Source of the DNA: Methanocaldococcus jannaschii DSM 2661
GTDB taxonomy: Archaea > AGJL01 > Methanococci > Methanococcales > Methanocaldococcaceae
Assembly: GCF_000091665.1 (NCBI RefSeq)
Contig: NC_000909.1
Location: 90,001 to 122,000 of the forward strand
Direction of reading: 5' to 3'
Length of the DNA: 32,000 nucleotides
The translations under genes and the position numbers were made by a program. Positions 1-7,987 of the stretch are shown here, piece after piece. Every line of letters starts with the position of its first letter. The stretch's first letter is position 1. The notes beneath the pieces were generated by a model, which was not told where the DNA came from, ran no database searches, and was given only the letters and a program-made list of their open reading frames with translations.

Positions 1-752
1 AAGTTTTTATACCCAGTTGCAAAGGCAGCTAATAGGGGAATTCCATAAGCTTTTGCATAGCTATAGATAAACCAGTCAATTGGCTCCAACATTCCAGCAA
101 TAAAGATAAATATAAAGGAACAAGCTATAAGAATTACTATTTTTTTACTTGTTATTTCTCTTTTAACTATTGGGAGAATTTTATTTGATAATTCTACTCC
201 AACAACGACTGCAGTGGCAAATCCAAAAAATTCAAAAAATCCATGTGGAAGGACAGCAATTAAATCAGAATATTGAAGATTTACTCCAATTAATCCAGTC
301 AGTGGATTTATGACAGTAAAGATAAATAATATTAATAGATATTTTTGATAACACTTAAATAGTTCTTCTTTCTCTTCAAGTGTTTTAGCTTTTTCTAAGT
401 CTTTCTTATATAAATAAGCAAGTGCTCCAAGAGCAAACATTATAATCAAACACCCCATAAAATTAGAAACTATATATGAAAGAGCATAAGTTAAGTAAGC
501 ATTTTTTACCCCAACAGTATTCGATACAGCTGAAGAAACAGCGTTAAATTTTGCAGTTCCAACACTTTGAGCTAATTTAGCTGGTTCAGATATAAAATTG
601 GATTTTAAAATAGATGATAAATATAAAAGGAACTTCCCTACAGAGAAAGAAAACAGAAATCCTGCCCAACACAAAAAATAGGTTATTAAAATCTTTTTTG
701 GAATATTTAAAGAGAGATATTTTTTAAAAATCTCCATGGCTTTTACTTCCAT
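1..752 (-). CDS. SpoIIM/DUF95-like membrane protein, truncated by the left window edge
   Basis: Hand translation of the minus strand from ATG at 752 (or 737) stays open to the edge: MEIFKKYLSLNIPKKILITYFLCWAGFLFSFSVGKF...LIAVLPHGFFEFFGFATAVVVGVEL...IAGMLEPIDWFIYSYAKAYGIPLLAAFATGYKN. Hydrophobic, with an LPHGFFEF motif typical of the SpoIIM family. Absent from the supplied ORF track. Confidence 0.65.
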   Translation of the reverse strand, partial: MEVKAMEIFKKYLSLNIPKKILITYFLCWAGFLFSFSVGKFLLYLSSILKSNFISEPAKLAQSVGTAKFNAVSSAVSNTVGVKNAYLTYALSYIVSNFMGCLIIMFALGALAYLYKKDLEKAKTLEEKEELFKCYQKYLLILFIFTVINPLTGLIGVNLQYSDLIAVLPHGFFEFFGFATAVVVGVELSNKILPIVKREITSKKIVILIACSFIFIFIAGMLEPIDWFIYSYAKAYGIPLLAAFATGYKN

Positions 753-784
753 GATTTCCCTTGGAACTTTTTATAAACGTTTAG

Positions 785-1044
785 ATGGAAACTGTTAGGT
801 TTTCATTACCGAAGCTACGCTTTGGTTAAATAAATCCTAACGGATTTGTAGCTCTTCGCTCCGCTCCGATTAAATGAAAACTTTTTGAGTTTTTGTAGCC
901 AGAATTGAAACTTTCTGTTTCATCAAAATTTTTATGAGCATCCCTCGTAGAAAGGGATTCCAACCTATTGGACATTAATTGCCCCTGTAAGGGGCAACTT
1001 AATGGACATGTGATATCCCAATAGGAGGCATCCTCCTATGGTAT
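785..1044. repeat. Modular hairpin-chain element A
   Basis: Successive hairpins: ggaaactgttaggttttc (787-804), ccgaagctacgctttgg (809-825), aaatcc/ggattt (832-847), atccct/agggat (940-958), CATTAA-TTGCCCCT-gta-AGGGGCAA-c-TTAATG (973-1004), ATAGGAGG-cat-CCTCCTAT (1021-1039). Ends at the aIF2-beta stop codon. Confidence 0.75.
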
Positions 1045-1476
1045 TTAAATCATTCTTATTGGTCTTATAGCACCACAAGCCATACATTTGAGTAAATGAA
1101 CTCTTCCCTCCTTAATAATCTTGGTATCTGGCTTACCGCACTCTCTACAGATAACATACTCCCTCAAGAAGTCATTAATTCTTGATTTTAATAACTCTGG
1201 GCTGATTCTTCTCTGTAAGATTAATCTACCTCCCTCTAAGTTACCAGCACTACCAGTCTCTTTTAAAAGATACTTAGCAAAGAATTCCTCATCTCTATTA
1301 ACTGCCTTAGCCAACTCTCTAAAGTTTCTTATTATTGTTCTATTTCCTTCTATCAAAATCTCAATTTCTGGAAGTTCAAATCTATCTTTTTGGAAAACGT
1401 AATCTGGAATCTGACTTCTTGCTCTCTTTAATAATGCCTTATAATCATAATAGTCAATATTTTCAAGGTCGCTCAT
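1045..1476 (-). CDS. Translation initiation factor aIF2 subunit beta
   Basis: 143-aa ORF with the aIF2-beta/eIF5 fold region and C-terminal zinc ribbon CRECGKPDTKIIKEGRVHLLKCMACGA. Confidence 0.95.
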   Translation of the reverse strand: MSDLENIDYYDYKALLKRARSQIPDYVFQKDRFELPEIEILIEGNRTIIRNFRELAKAVNRDEEFFAKYLLKETGSAGNLEGGRLILQRRISPELLKSRINDFLREYVICRECGKPDTKIIKEGRVHLLKCMACGAIRPIRMI

Positions 1477-1554
1477 TTTATCACCAAAATAAGATTATCA
1501 AAAAACTATAACTTTTAATTTATATAAAAAACTATCCCAATTGCCAAATGGTAA

Positions 1555-1628
1555 TATAGTGTCTTTCAAAATTTATAAAGCTTATTTATTAATAAGGAAA
1601 ATTTCAAAGTGTTTTGAAAGATACTATA
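1555..1628. repeat. 74-bp inverted-repeat element
   Basis: TATAGTGTCTTTCAAAA (1555-1571) and TTTTGAAAGATACTATA (1612-1628) are inverted with one mismatch over 17 nt. Confidence 0.7.
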
Positions 1629-1671
1629 AATTCAATTAAAAAAGAATAAAATTTCTAATTAATTATTTTAA

Positions 1672-1857
1672 TTATTTTATTCTCTTACCATTAACTTTCT
1701 TATTTTGCCATGAATATTTTCTCATTCTTTTATTTGGAAATCCACATGCAGCACATCTCTTTTTTCTTACGTGGTAGGCTCTTCTCCCACATCTTCTACA
1801 TCTTATGTGATATGAACCTTTGTTTCTTTTACCCATTGATGGAGTTCCTTTTGACAT
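1672..1857 (-). CDS. rpl37e: 50S ribosomal protein L37e
   Basis: 61 aa, [50 protein letters not shown], the L37e zinc-finger signature. Confidence 0.95.
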   Translation of the reverse strand: MSKGTPSMGKRNKGSYHIRCRRCGRRAYHVRKKRCAACGFPNKRMRKYSWQNKKVNGKRIK

Positions 1858-1892
1858 AAGTTATCACCTTAAAATCTTTAATTTGTGTTTTT

Positions 1893-1999
1893 ATAGTTTT
1901 TGCAAATATTTAGAATACATTAAGGCATATAATGAACGCCTTCTTATAGAAGGCGGTCAATCTTCCTTCGTCAATTTAATAACTTTTGCAAAAAACCAT
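1893..1999. repeat. Imperfect inverted-repeat element with inner hairpin
   Basis: ATAGTTTTTGCAAA (1893-1906) opposite TTTGCAAAAAACCAT (1985-1999), with perfect inner hairpin CGCCTTC-ttata-GAAGGCG (1937-1955). Confidence 0.5.
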
Positions 2000-2076
2000 A
2001 TATCCTCTTTTTGTTGTTATAAAAACATTGATTGACTATAATAGCAGATTATGCTATTTAAACTTTACCTTCTTTG

Positions 2077-2203
2077 AATAGGACTTTAGCAGTTTATATA
2101 CTATTATCTTTATATGAGAATTGTAGTATCTTTCAAAACATTATAGAATTTATATGAAGGTAGATATAAGTCAAGAAATATTTACTCCTACAAAAGTCCT
2201 ATT
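2077..2203. repeat. Inverted-repeat element (AATAGGACTTT termini)
   Basis: AATAGGACTTT (2077-2087) and AAAGTCCTATT (2193-2203) are perfect inverted repeats. Termini resemble those at 12608-12698. Confidence 0.55.
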
Positions 2204-2253
2204 ATTGAAGTTATAAATTTATTTATAAATATTTAAAAAATAGAATTTAATTA

Positions 2254-2531
2254 GTATTTTATTCCAGAAATCTGATTTTGCGATATTTTGTTTAAATTGT
2301 TTCCATTCCGAAACGGTCTGATTTTAATAAATTTGCAAGCAGAATTCCCATATAATAAAATTAGTTTCCATCCTCTAAGAGGTCTTATTTTAATAAAATC
2401 ATGCCAAAACAGAAGATTGATAAGGATAAAGATTTCCATCCTCCAAGAGGTCTTATTTTAATTGTTACTCTACCTGTTTTTGCCGTGATTTCTCTACCTA
2501 ATTTCCATCCTCCAAGAGGTCTTATTTTAAT
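2254..2531 (-). CRISPR. CRISPR array, 4 full repeats plus one degenerate leader-distal repeat
   Basis: Repeats at 2299-2328 (GTTTCCATTCCGAAACGGTCTGATTTTAAT), 2364-2394 (GTTTCCATCCTCTAAGAGGTCTTATTTTAAT), 2432-2462 and 2501-2531 (ATTTCCATCCTCCAAGAGGTCTTATTTTAAT). Spacers 35, 37 and 38 nt. Degenerate repeat near 2254-2280. The leader on the right implies minus-strand transcription. Confidence 0.9.
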
Positions 2532-2631
2532 AGGGTAATCATTCACAACATAATATATTTCATCACTCTTAATATTTAAGCTTTTCTATACCATATTTTT
2601 CTAAGGATAAATAACCATCTTACAATATAAA

Positions 2632-2825
2632 CCTTTTAGTATTTAAAATTTTATCTCTTTACTAAAACAGAGTATTTTTATCTTTTTAAATCCAAAAATT
2701 TAACTTATTTGTTAGAGAAATCTTATTTACTTGCCTAATTAATCCTAATTTTCAAAAATTCAAATAATTTGATTAAGTTAAATATTCTAAACAATCAAAC
2801 CAGCAAACCCTTAGAAATTAAATAA
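2632..2825 (-). promoter_or_regulatory. CRISPR leader copy 1
   Basis: Nearly the same sequence recurs at 18353-18545 beside another CRISPR repeat, e.g. aatcaaaccagcaaacccttagaaattaaat in both. Confidence 0.75.
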
Positions 2826-2901
2826 ATATTATTTAAATAAAGAAATAAAGCCTTTAAATTTATTAAACATAAGTCTAAACTCTTTCAGCGTGATAAATAT
2901 A

Positions 2902-3297
2902 TTACTCAAAAATCTCAATTGCTTTAAATGGACAGGCTTTTAAACAGTTTTTACAGCCGACACAGTCCTCTTCTTTGAATACTACATTATAATCCTCATC
3001 CATATAAATTACATTAATAGGGCATTGGGTTATGCAACAGCCACAATGCACACACTTCTCCAAATCCCTTTTTATAACTTTAGAGATTTCCTCAACTTCT
3101 CCAAATTTTGATAGATAATTTAAAGCTTTCTCTATAGTTTCTTTACTACCAAACAATTCCAATATCAAAAATGCCTCCTGTGGCTCTACCTTAGCTTTTA
3201 ATATGTTTATCTTAACTCCTGTATTTAATATAGTATCGGAAATAACTGGCTTGTTTATATGCTCTGAATCTGTCCAGTAATACACTCTCTTTCTCAT
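2902..3297 (-). CDS. NIL-domain protein with 4Fe-4S ferredoxin domain
   Basis: [48 protein letters not shown]: two CxxCxxCxxxCP clusters after a NIL-like N-terminus. Overlaps the next gene. Confidence 0.85.
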
Positions 3298-4823
3298 TTT
3301 TTCCCTCCGAATAATCTTGAGATATCTTCAGATGTTACAATGCCCACAACTCTTCTGTAGTCATCAACCACTGGAACACCAGAAATGTTATATTTACTCA
3401 TTTTTATCGCTACATGGTCAACGGGTTCATCTTCATGAGCAGTTATTACATTTCTTGTCATAATCTCTTCAATTGTCTTTTTGTTTTGAGCAAGAGCTTT
3501 AGCTATATCCCACGATGTAATTATTCCCACTAACTTCCCATGTTCATCAACTATAGGAAGATGGTTTATATTATGCTTTATCAAAATCTTAGCAGCTTCC
3601 ATAATGGATATATTGCTATGAGCAGTTATTGGTGGTTTGCTTAAAATATCCTTAACTAATGTTATTGGTGACTTCATTGGCTTGTTTTCAGCTCTTCCTA
3701 AAGTATCAACCCTCTCAGTTAGTAAAAACTTCCCATCCAAAATCCACTGTTTGAGGGTTTCAGCAACCTCTCTTGCCATCTTATAACTTGAAACAGAACC
3801 AGTTTTTACGGTTTTTTCAACATCTTTCCCATCTATATTTACATTTAATGTTATTTTTCCACTTCTTAACACTTTATAGTTTGTTTTTGCTATTAATGGT
3901 CTATCCCTCCTTGGAAATCCATAATCATAGATTGGCACTTCAATATCTTCATCTCTAATAGCACATCTCTCAGCTATCTTTTCATTTAAAACTGGGATTG
4001 GGATGCCTATACCAACATACAACGTGCTTCCATACCTTGGCATTGTAGCAGCCCTTATAAATTTAGGATTCATCTGTTTTAAATCTCCTTTAACCATTAA
4101 TGTTCCAAATGGTGGGTTATGCTGTGTACCCTCACCAATTACATATCCAATTCCTCCTCCTAAGAAAATCCTTGTTCCAATACCTATGGTATTAAATGAT
4201 TTTGTTTCTGGGTTATAATCATTCTGTAAAGGATTTAACTGTCCAGCGCCTGAATAATGAACGTTGTTATATTCAGGAAGTAGAATGCCCATGTAGGTGT
4301 ATATTTTCTCCTCCCTACTGTTTGTTGCTGCAGCATAAGTTTGATAGCAATTTCTTGGATTAACCATAATTGCCTGATTAACATCATCTAACGTTATTCT
4401 AACATTAACCTCCTTCCTTGGATAGCAGTCAGTTGTATATCCCTCAGCATAAAGCTCAACTTCCTTTCCTCTAACTAAATCCTCTATAACATGAGCTCCT
4501 CCGTAATCAATATCTACATCTGGGTCTTCGTTCGGTTGTGCAGCTCCTATATAAGCATCAACAGCAGCTAAACCTCCATAAGCTTCAACATTGTTTAAAT
4601 AAATCCTTAACATCTTTATTGGCGGGTCTGAATGTCCAAAGTTTATAAATACTCCAGATGAGCACATAGCTCCAAATGTTCCTGTTGTAACAACATCAAC
4701 ATAATCAGCCGCTCTTTTAGCTCCTTCTTCCTCAACTATTTTTATCATCTCTTCCGCTGTTACAACAACAGCCTCTCCTTTTTTAATCTTTTCATTAATC
4801 TCTTTGATTGTTTTCATAATCAT
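3294..4823 (-). CDS. HcyBio (DUF39) family protein with two C-terminal CBS domains; probable L-aspartate semialdehyde sulfurtransferase
   Basis: 509 aa with HcyBio-type sequence ([28 protein letters not shown]...[15 protein letters not shown]) and tandem CBS domains ([47 protein letters not shown]). Partner of the NIL/ferredoxin gene. Confidence 0.85.
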   Translation of the reverse strand: MIMKTIKEINEKIKKGEAVVVTAEEMIKIVEEEGAKRAADYVDVVTTGTFGAMCSSGVFINFGHSDPPIKMLRIYLNNVEAYGGLAAVDAYIGAAQPNEDPDVDIDYGGAHVIEDLVRGKEVELYAEGYTTDCYPRKEVNVRITLDDVNQAIMVNPRNCYQTYAAATNSREEKIYTYMGILLPEYNNVHYSGAGQLNPLQNDYNPETKSFNTIGIGTRIFLGGGIGYVIGEGTQHNPPFGTLMVKGDLKQMNPKFIRAATMPRYGSTLYVGIGIPIPVLNEKIAERCAIRDEDIEVPIYDYGFPRRDRPLIAKTNYKVLRSGKITLNVNIDGKDVEKTVKTGSVSSYKMAREVAETLKQWILDGKFLLTERVDTLGRAENKPMKSPITLVKDILSKPPITAHSNISIMEAAKILIKHNINHLPIVDEHGKLVGIITSWDIAKALAQNKKTIEEIMTRNVITAHEDEPVDHVAIKMSKYNISGVPVVDDYRRVVGIVTSEDISRLFGGKK

Positions 4824-4839
4824 AACCTCTACAAATTTT

Positions 4840-4942
4840 TATAGTGTTTTTCAAATGTTTTACGGTATAAGGTATTTATAAAAGCCCTATAGGCTTTTAT
4901 ATAAGTGCCTTAGAAATTTTATTAAGTTTGAAAAACACTATA
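4840..4942. repeat. 103-bp palindromic element upstream of the HcyBio-CBS gene
   Basis: Perfect 16-nt inverted ends tatagtgtttttcaaa (4840-4855) and tttgaaaaacactata (4927-4942), with an inner hairpin ATAAAAGCC/GGCTTTTAT. Confidence 0.75.
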
Positions 4943-5049
4943 GGTAATCCCTAAAATATATAAAAAGAGATATAAAAATTTTAAACTTCTAAAGTATTTG
5001 ATTCTATTATATCTGAGATTAAAATTGCTAAATAGAAAATAAAAAAGAA

Positions 5050-6405
5050 TTATCCTTCCTTAAACATTAATTGTCTCATTATTTGTCCTAAAGGTCCTCC
5101 AATTCTCAACATCTTACCCTTTCTCAACTTATCTATGGCATTTTTTGTTGTTTCATAATATCTTAAAACCTCCCTAACATCATTTTCTGTAGTTCCAGAA
5201 CCTCTTGCAATCCTTCTGATTCTTGAAGCTTTAATAATCTTTGGATTTTCTCTCTCTTCCTTAGTCATTGAACTTATAATTACCTTATATTTTTTTATCT
5301 TTGCCTCAGTTAAATGAGAAAGCTCTTTAGGCATAGCTCCTCCAAATCCAGGAATCATACTTAGGATTTTTTTCATTGAACCCATGTTTTCAATTGCTTC
5401 TAATTGAGTCATCAACTCATTTAAAGTAAATTTCCCTCTCATTATTGCATCTATGCTTTCTTCTGTTTTCTCATCAACCATGTCTTCAGCTTTTTCTAAT
5501 AGGCTCTCTAAATCTCCCATCCCTAACAGTCGAGATATAAATTTTTTAGGGTCGAATGGTTCTAAATCATCAATCCCCTCCCCAATTCCAATGAATTTTA
5601 TAGGTGCTTTTGTCTCAGCAACCGCACTTAACGCCCCTCCTCCTTTAGCAGAACCATCTAACTTAGTTACTATTATACTCCCAATCTCTCCAACTGCCTC
5701 TTTAAACGCTTTAGCTTGAATTCCTGCTTGTTGCCCAATAGTCCCATCTATAACCAATATGATTTCATCTGGATTTGTTATCTCTTTAATTTGCTTCATC
5801 TCTTCCAATAAACCTTTTTCCTCTTTATGTCTTCCAGCAGTATCTATAATTAAAACATCTGCCTTCTTAAATTTCTCCATCCCCTCTTTAACAATATCTA
5901 CTGGTGATTTTGTTCTTGTCTCATCCCCATATATTGGCACGTGGATTTTTTCAGCTAACTGCTTTAACTGCTCATAAGCCGCTGGTCTGTAGGTATCAGC
6001 TGCGATTAAAGCAGGTTTTAACCCTCTTTTTTGGATATACCTTGCTAATTTTGCTGCAGTTGTTGTTTTTCCTGAACCTTGAATACCAACTAATAAGATA
6101 ACATTTTGTTTTTTTGGATTTAACTCTAATTTTTTTGCCTCTTCTCCCAATAATTTGACTAATTCTTCATAGACAATCTTTATGATATGCTCTTTCTTTG
6201 ATAAACCCTTTGGTGTCTTTTCCTCTAAAGCTCTCCTCTCTATTTCTTTACTCATCTTTAAAACCAATTTTACATTAACATCTGCCTGTATTAAAGCCCT
6301 TTGAATATCTTTTATAACTTCTTTTATTAATTTTTTATCAACAAAGGCAGCAGCTTTTAGTTTGTTTAGGGCTTTGTTTAAATTTTCTCCTAATTTATCG
6401 AGCAT
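5050..6405 (-). CDS. srp54: Signal recognition particle 54 kDa protein
   Basis: 451 aa. NG-domain motifs [26 protein letters not shown] and a Met-rich M domain with an RxxRxARGSG motif. Confidence 0.97.
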
Positions 6406-6498
6406 GATATCACCAAATTAAACTATACAACACTTAATAAAATATTATATTTCTTCAATTAAAAATTTTATTGTTTTCAGAAATTTTAGAATTATACT

Positions 6499-7053
6499 TT
6501 AAACAGTTCCCCATCTTTTAAATAAGCTATTATCTATTCCCAAAATATCTAAAACTCTTCCAACAACAAAATTAATTATATCATTTACATTTTTTGGTTT
6601 ATTATAGAAAGCAGGAATTGGAGGCATTACTATAGCTCCCAAATTTGAAAGTTTTAACATATTTTCTAAATGTATGCTATTAAATGGCATCTCTCTTGGC
6701 ATAATTATCAATTTCCTTCTTTCTTTTAAAGCGATATCACAAACTCTAACTATTAAATTTGCTGAGTATCCGTTGGCTATGGCTGATAAAGTTTTCATTG
6801 AGCAAGGCACAACTACAACAGCATCAAATTTGTTTGAACCAGATGCAAGAGGTGAGAAAAAGTCATCATTCTCATAATAGTCCGTCGCTAATTTTTTTAT
6901 TTCTTTCCAGTCAATATCAAGCTCTTCTTTAATTATTTTTTTAGCTGAATTTGAGATAATTAGATTAACTTCAGCTCTATCTTTCAATACCTCTAACAAT
7001 CTTTTTGCATAAATGACTCCACTCGCCCCGGTTATACAAACAATAATTTTCAT
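6499..7053 (-). CDS. ubiX: UbiX-like flavin prenyltransferase
   Basis: MKIIVCITGASGVIYAKRLLEVL...PCSMKTLSAIANGYSANLIVRVCDIALKERRKLIIMPREMPFN. Confidence 0.93.
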   Translation of the reverse strand: MKIIVCITGASGVIYAKRLLEVLKDRAEVNLIISNSAKKIIKEELDIDWKEIKKLATDYYENDDFFSPLASGSNKFDAVVVVPCSMKTLSAIANGYSANLIVRVCDIALKERRKLIIMPREMPFNSIHLENMLKLSNLGAIVMPPIPAFYNKPKNVNDIINFVVGRVLDILGIDNSLFKRWGTV

Positions 7054-7163
7054 AAATTCACCATTAAAAACTGTTAAGTTAAGATTTAAAAAATAAATAC
7101 TATTTAAAAATAGTTAATCCATAAATCTAAAAAAATAAATATAACAACCTAAAATAAAATAAT

Positions 7164-7185
7164 AAAATGGTGCCGAGGGAGGGAT
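7164..7185 (-). repeat. Second copy of the tRNA-Met 3' end
   Basis: aaaatggtgccgagggagggat is identical over 22 nt to 7422-7443, the 3' end of the tRNA-Met gene, 258 nt away. Confidence 0.9.
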
Positions 7186-7199
7186 ACAAACGAAACTTT

Positions 7200-7420
7200 T
7201 AGAAAAAGTTAAACAAAATCTTTCAGATTTTGTAGCCCGAAGCTAACGCTTCGGTTAAATGAAAACTAAAAGAGTTTTCATAGCTGGAAAGCGTAGCTTT
7301 CCATTTCATCAAAATAGGATGCATTGCCTCGCTACGCTCGGCAATGCCTCTTAAAAGAAAGTGGGGTTGCCTCTGGCAACCCTGCTCTGAGTATCCCAAT
7401 AGGGCGAAGCCCTATGGAAT
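7200..7420. repeat. Modular hairpin-chain element D
   Basis: Seven consecutive hairpins: CAAAATC/GATTTTG 7214-7232, CCGAAGC-taac-GCTTCGG 7237-7254, TGAAAACT/AGTTTTCA 7260-7280, TGGAAAGC-gta-GCTTTCCA 7285-7303, GCATTGCC/GGCAATGC 7321-7347, GGGTTGCC-tct-GGCAACCC 7364-7382, ATAGGGC-gaa-GCCCTAT 7399-7415. Confidence 0.85.
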
Positions 7421-7425
7421 AAAAA

Positions 7426-7537
7426 TGGTGCCGAGGGAGGGATTCGAACCCTCGACCTCCCGGTTTCCCAGGACCCAGGCGTAAAGCCTGGGATATCCGT
7501 ATGAGCCGGGCGCTATAACCAGCTAAGCCACCTCGGC
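7426..7537 (-). tRNA. tRNA-Met(CAT) with 35-nt intron (approx. 7465-7499)
   Basis: Acceptor GCCGAGG/CCTCGGC, encoded CCA, GGTTCGAATCC T-arm, anticodon stem CCCGG/CCGGG, anticodon CAT at 7501-7503, and a structured insert after position 37. 77 nt after intron removal. Confidence 0.9.
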
Positions 7538-7602
7538 ACGCAACATCATTATAATTACAAACCCATATATATACTTTTCGGCGTAAGTTTTATATAGGGA
7601 GG

Positions 7603-7611
7603 TTTATAAAT
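7603..7611 (+). promoter_or_regulatory. TATA-like box for tRNA-Leu
   Basis: tttataaat about 20-25 nt upstream of the tRNA 5' end, matching the archaeal box A position. Confidence 0.5.
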
Positions 7612-7629
7612 AAAATTTGCCTTTAAGGG

Positions 7630-7717
7630 CGGGGGTCGCCAAGCCAGGTCAAAGGCGCCAGATTGAGGGTCTGGTCCCGTAGGGGTTCGCGGGTTCAAAT
7701 CCCGTCCCCCGCACCAA
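7630..7717 (+). tRNA. tRNA-Leu(GAG)
   Basis: GCGGGGG/CCCCCGC acceptor, long variable arm, anticodon loop ttGAGgg, GGTTCAAATCC T-arm, encoded CCA. Confidence 0.95.
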
Positions 7718-7724
7718 ATATTTG

Positions 7725-7802
7725 ATAGCGGGTTAGAAGAGGCATTGCTTCCATTAGGAAGCAATGTATCCTGGGTATAGCAATAGGGCGAAGCCCTATG
7801 CT
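7725..7802. repeat. Short hairpin-chain element E
   Basis: Perfect 10-bp hairpin CATTGCTTCC-atta-GGAAGCAATG (7744-7767), then ATAGGGC-gaa-GCCCTAT (7784-7800), identical to the terminal hairpin of element D. Confidence 0.85.
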
Positions 7803-7830
7803 TTAAACCCCATCCCCCGCACCAAATATT
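7803..7830 (+). repeat. Second copy of the tRNA-Leu 3' end
   Basis: ttaaaccccatcccccgcaccaaatatt versus tcaaatcccgtcccccgcaccaaatatt at the tRNA-Leu 3' end: 25 of 28 positions match, including CCA and flanking bases. Confidence 0.85.
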
Positions 7831-7987
7831 TTGAGCTTTTTTTAATTTGGACAATATTAGTAACTGCAAAATCTTCTTTTAGAATAATAATAACCCAATA
7901 TAACAAGATTGTTTAAATTGTTTTTAATTAATGTAAATATTTGAATGTTGTGGGATTATGGTGTGCTTAGATTTATCACAATACAGG

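Noticed and set aside
785-1044. Element A flanked by an aIF2-beta 3'-end duplication
   Set aside because: I looked for a second copy of the aIF2-beta end left of the element and found no convincing match, so the duplication claim is limited to tRNA-Met, tRNA-Leu, SemiSWEET and cdhD.
2251-2439. 62-aa minus ORF with repeated IKIRPLRG/IKIRPFRNG motif
   Set aside because: Translation of CRISPR repeats and spacers, not a gene.
7200-7420. Element D as a classical CRISPR array or riboswitch
   Set aside because: Hairpins differ in sequence with no constant repeat or unique spacers, and there is no downstream coding gene in a riboswitch arrangement.
7200-7420. C/D-box sRNA reading of the TGATGAAA and CTGA strings in element D
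   Set aside because: Spacing is far too long and boxes C'/D' are not evident.
7555-7869. 104-aa minus ORF
   Set aside because: Covers tRNA-Leu, element E and the duplicated tRNA end; no coding signal.
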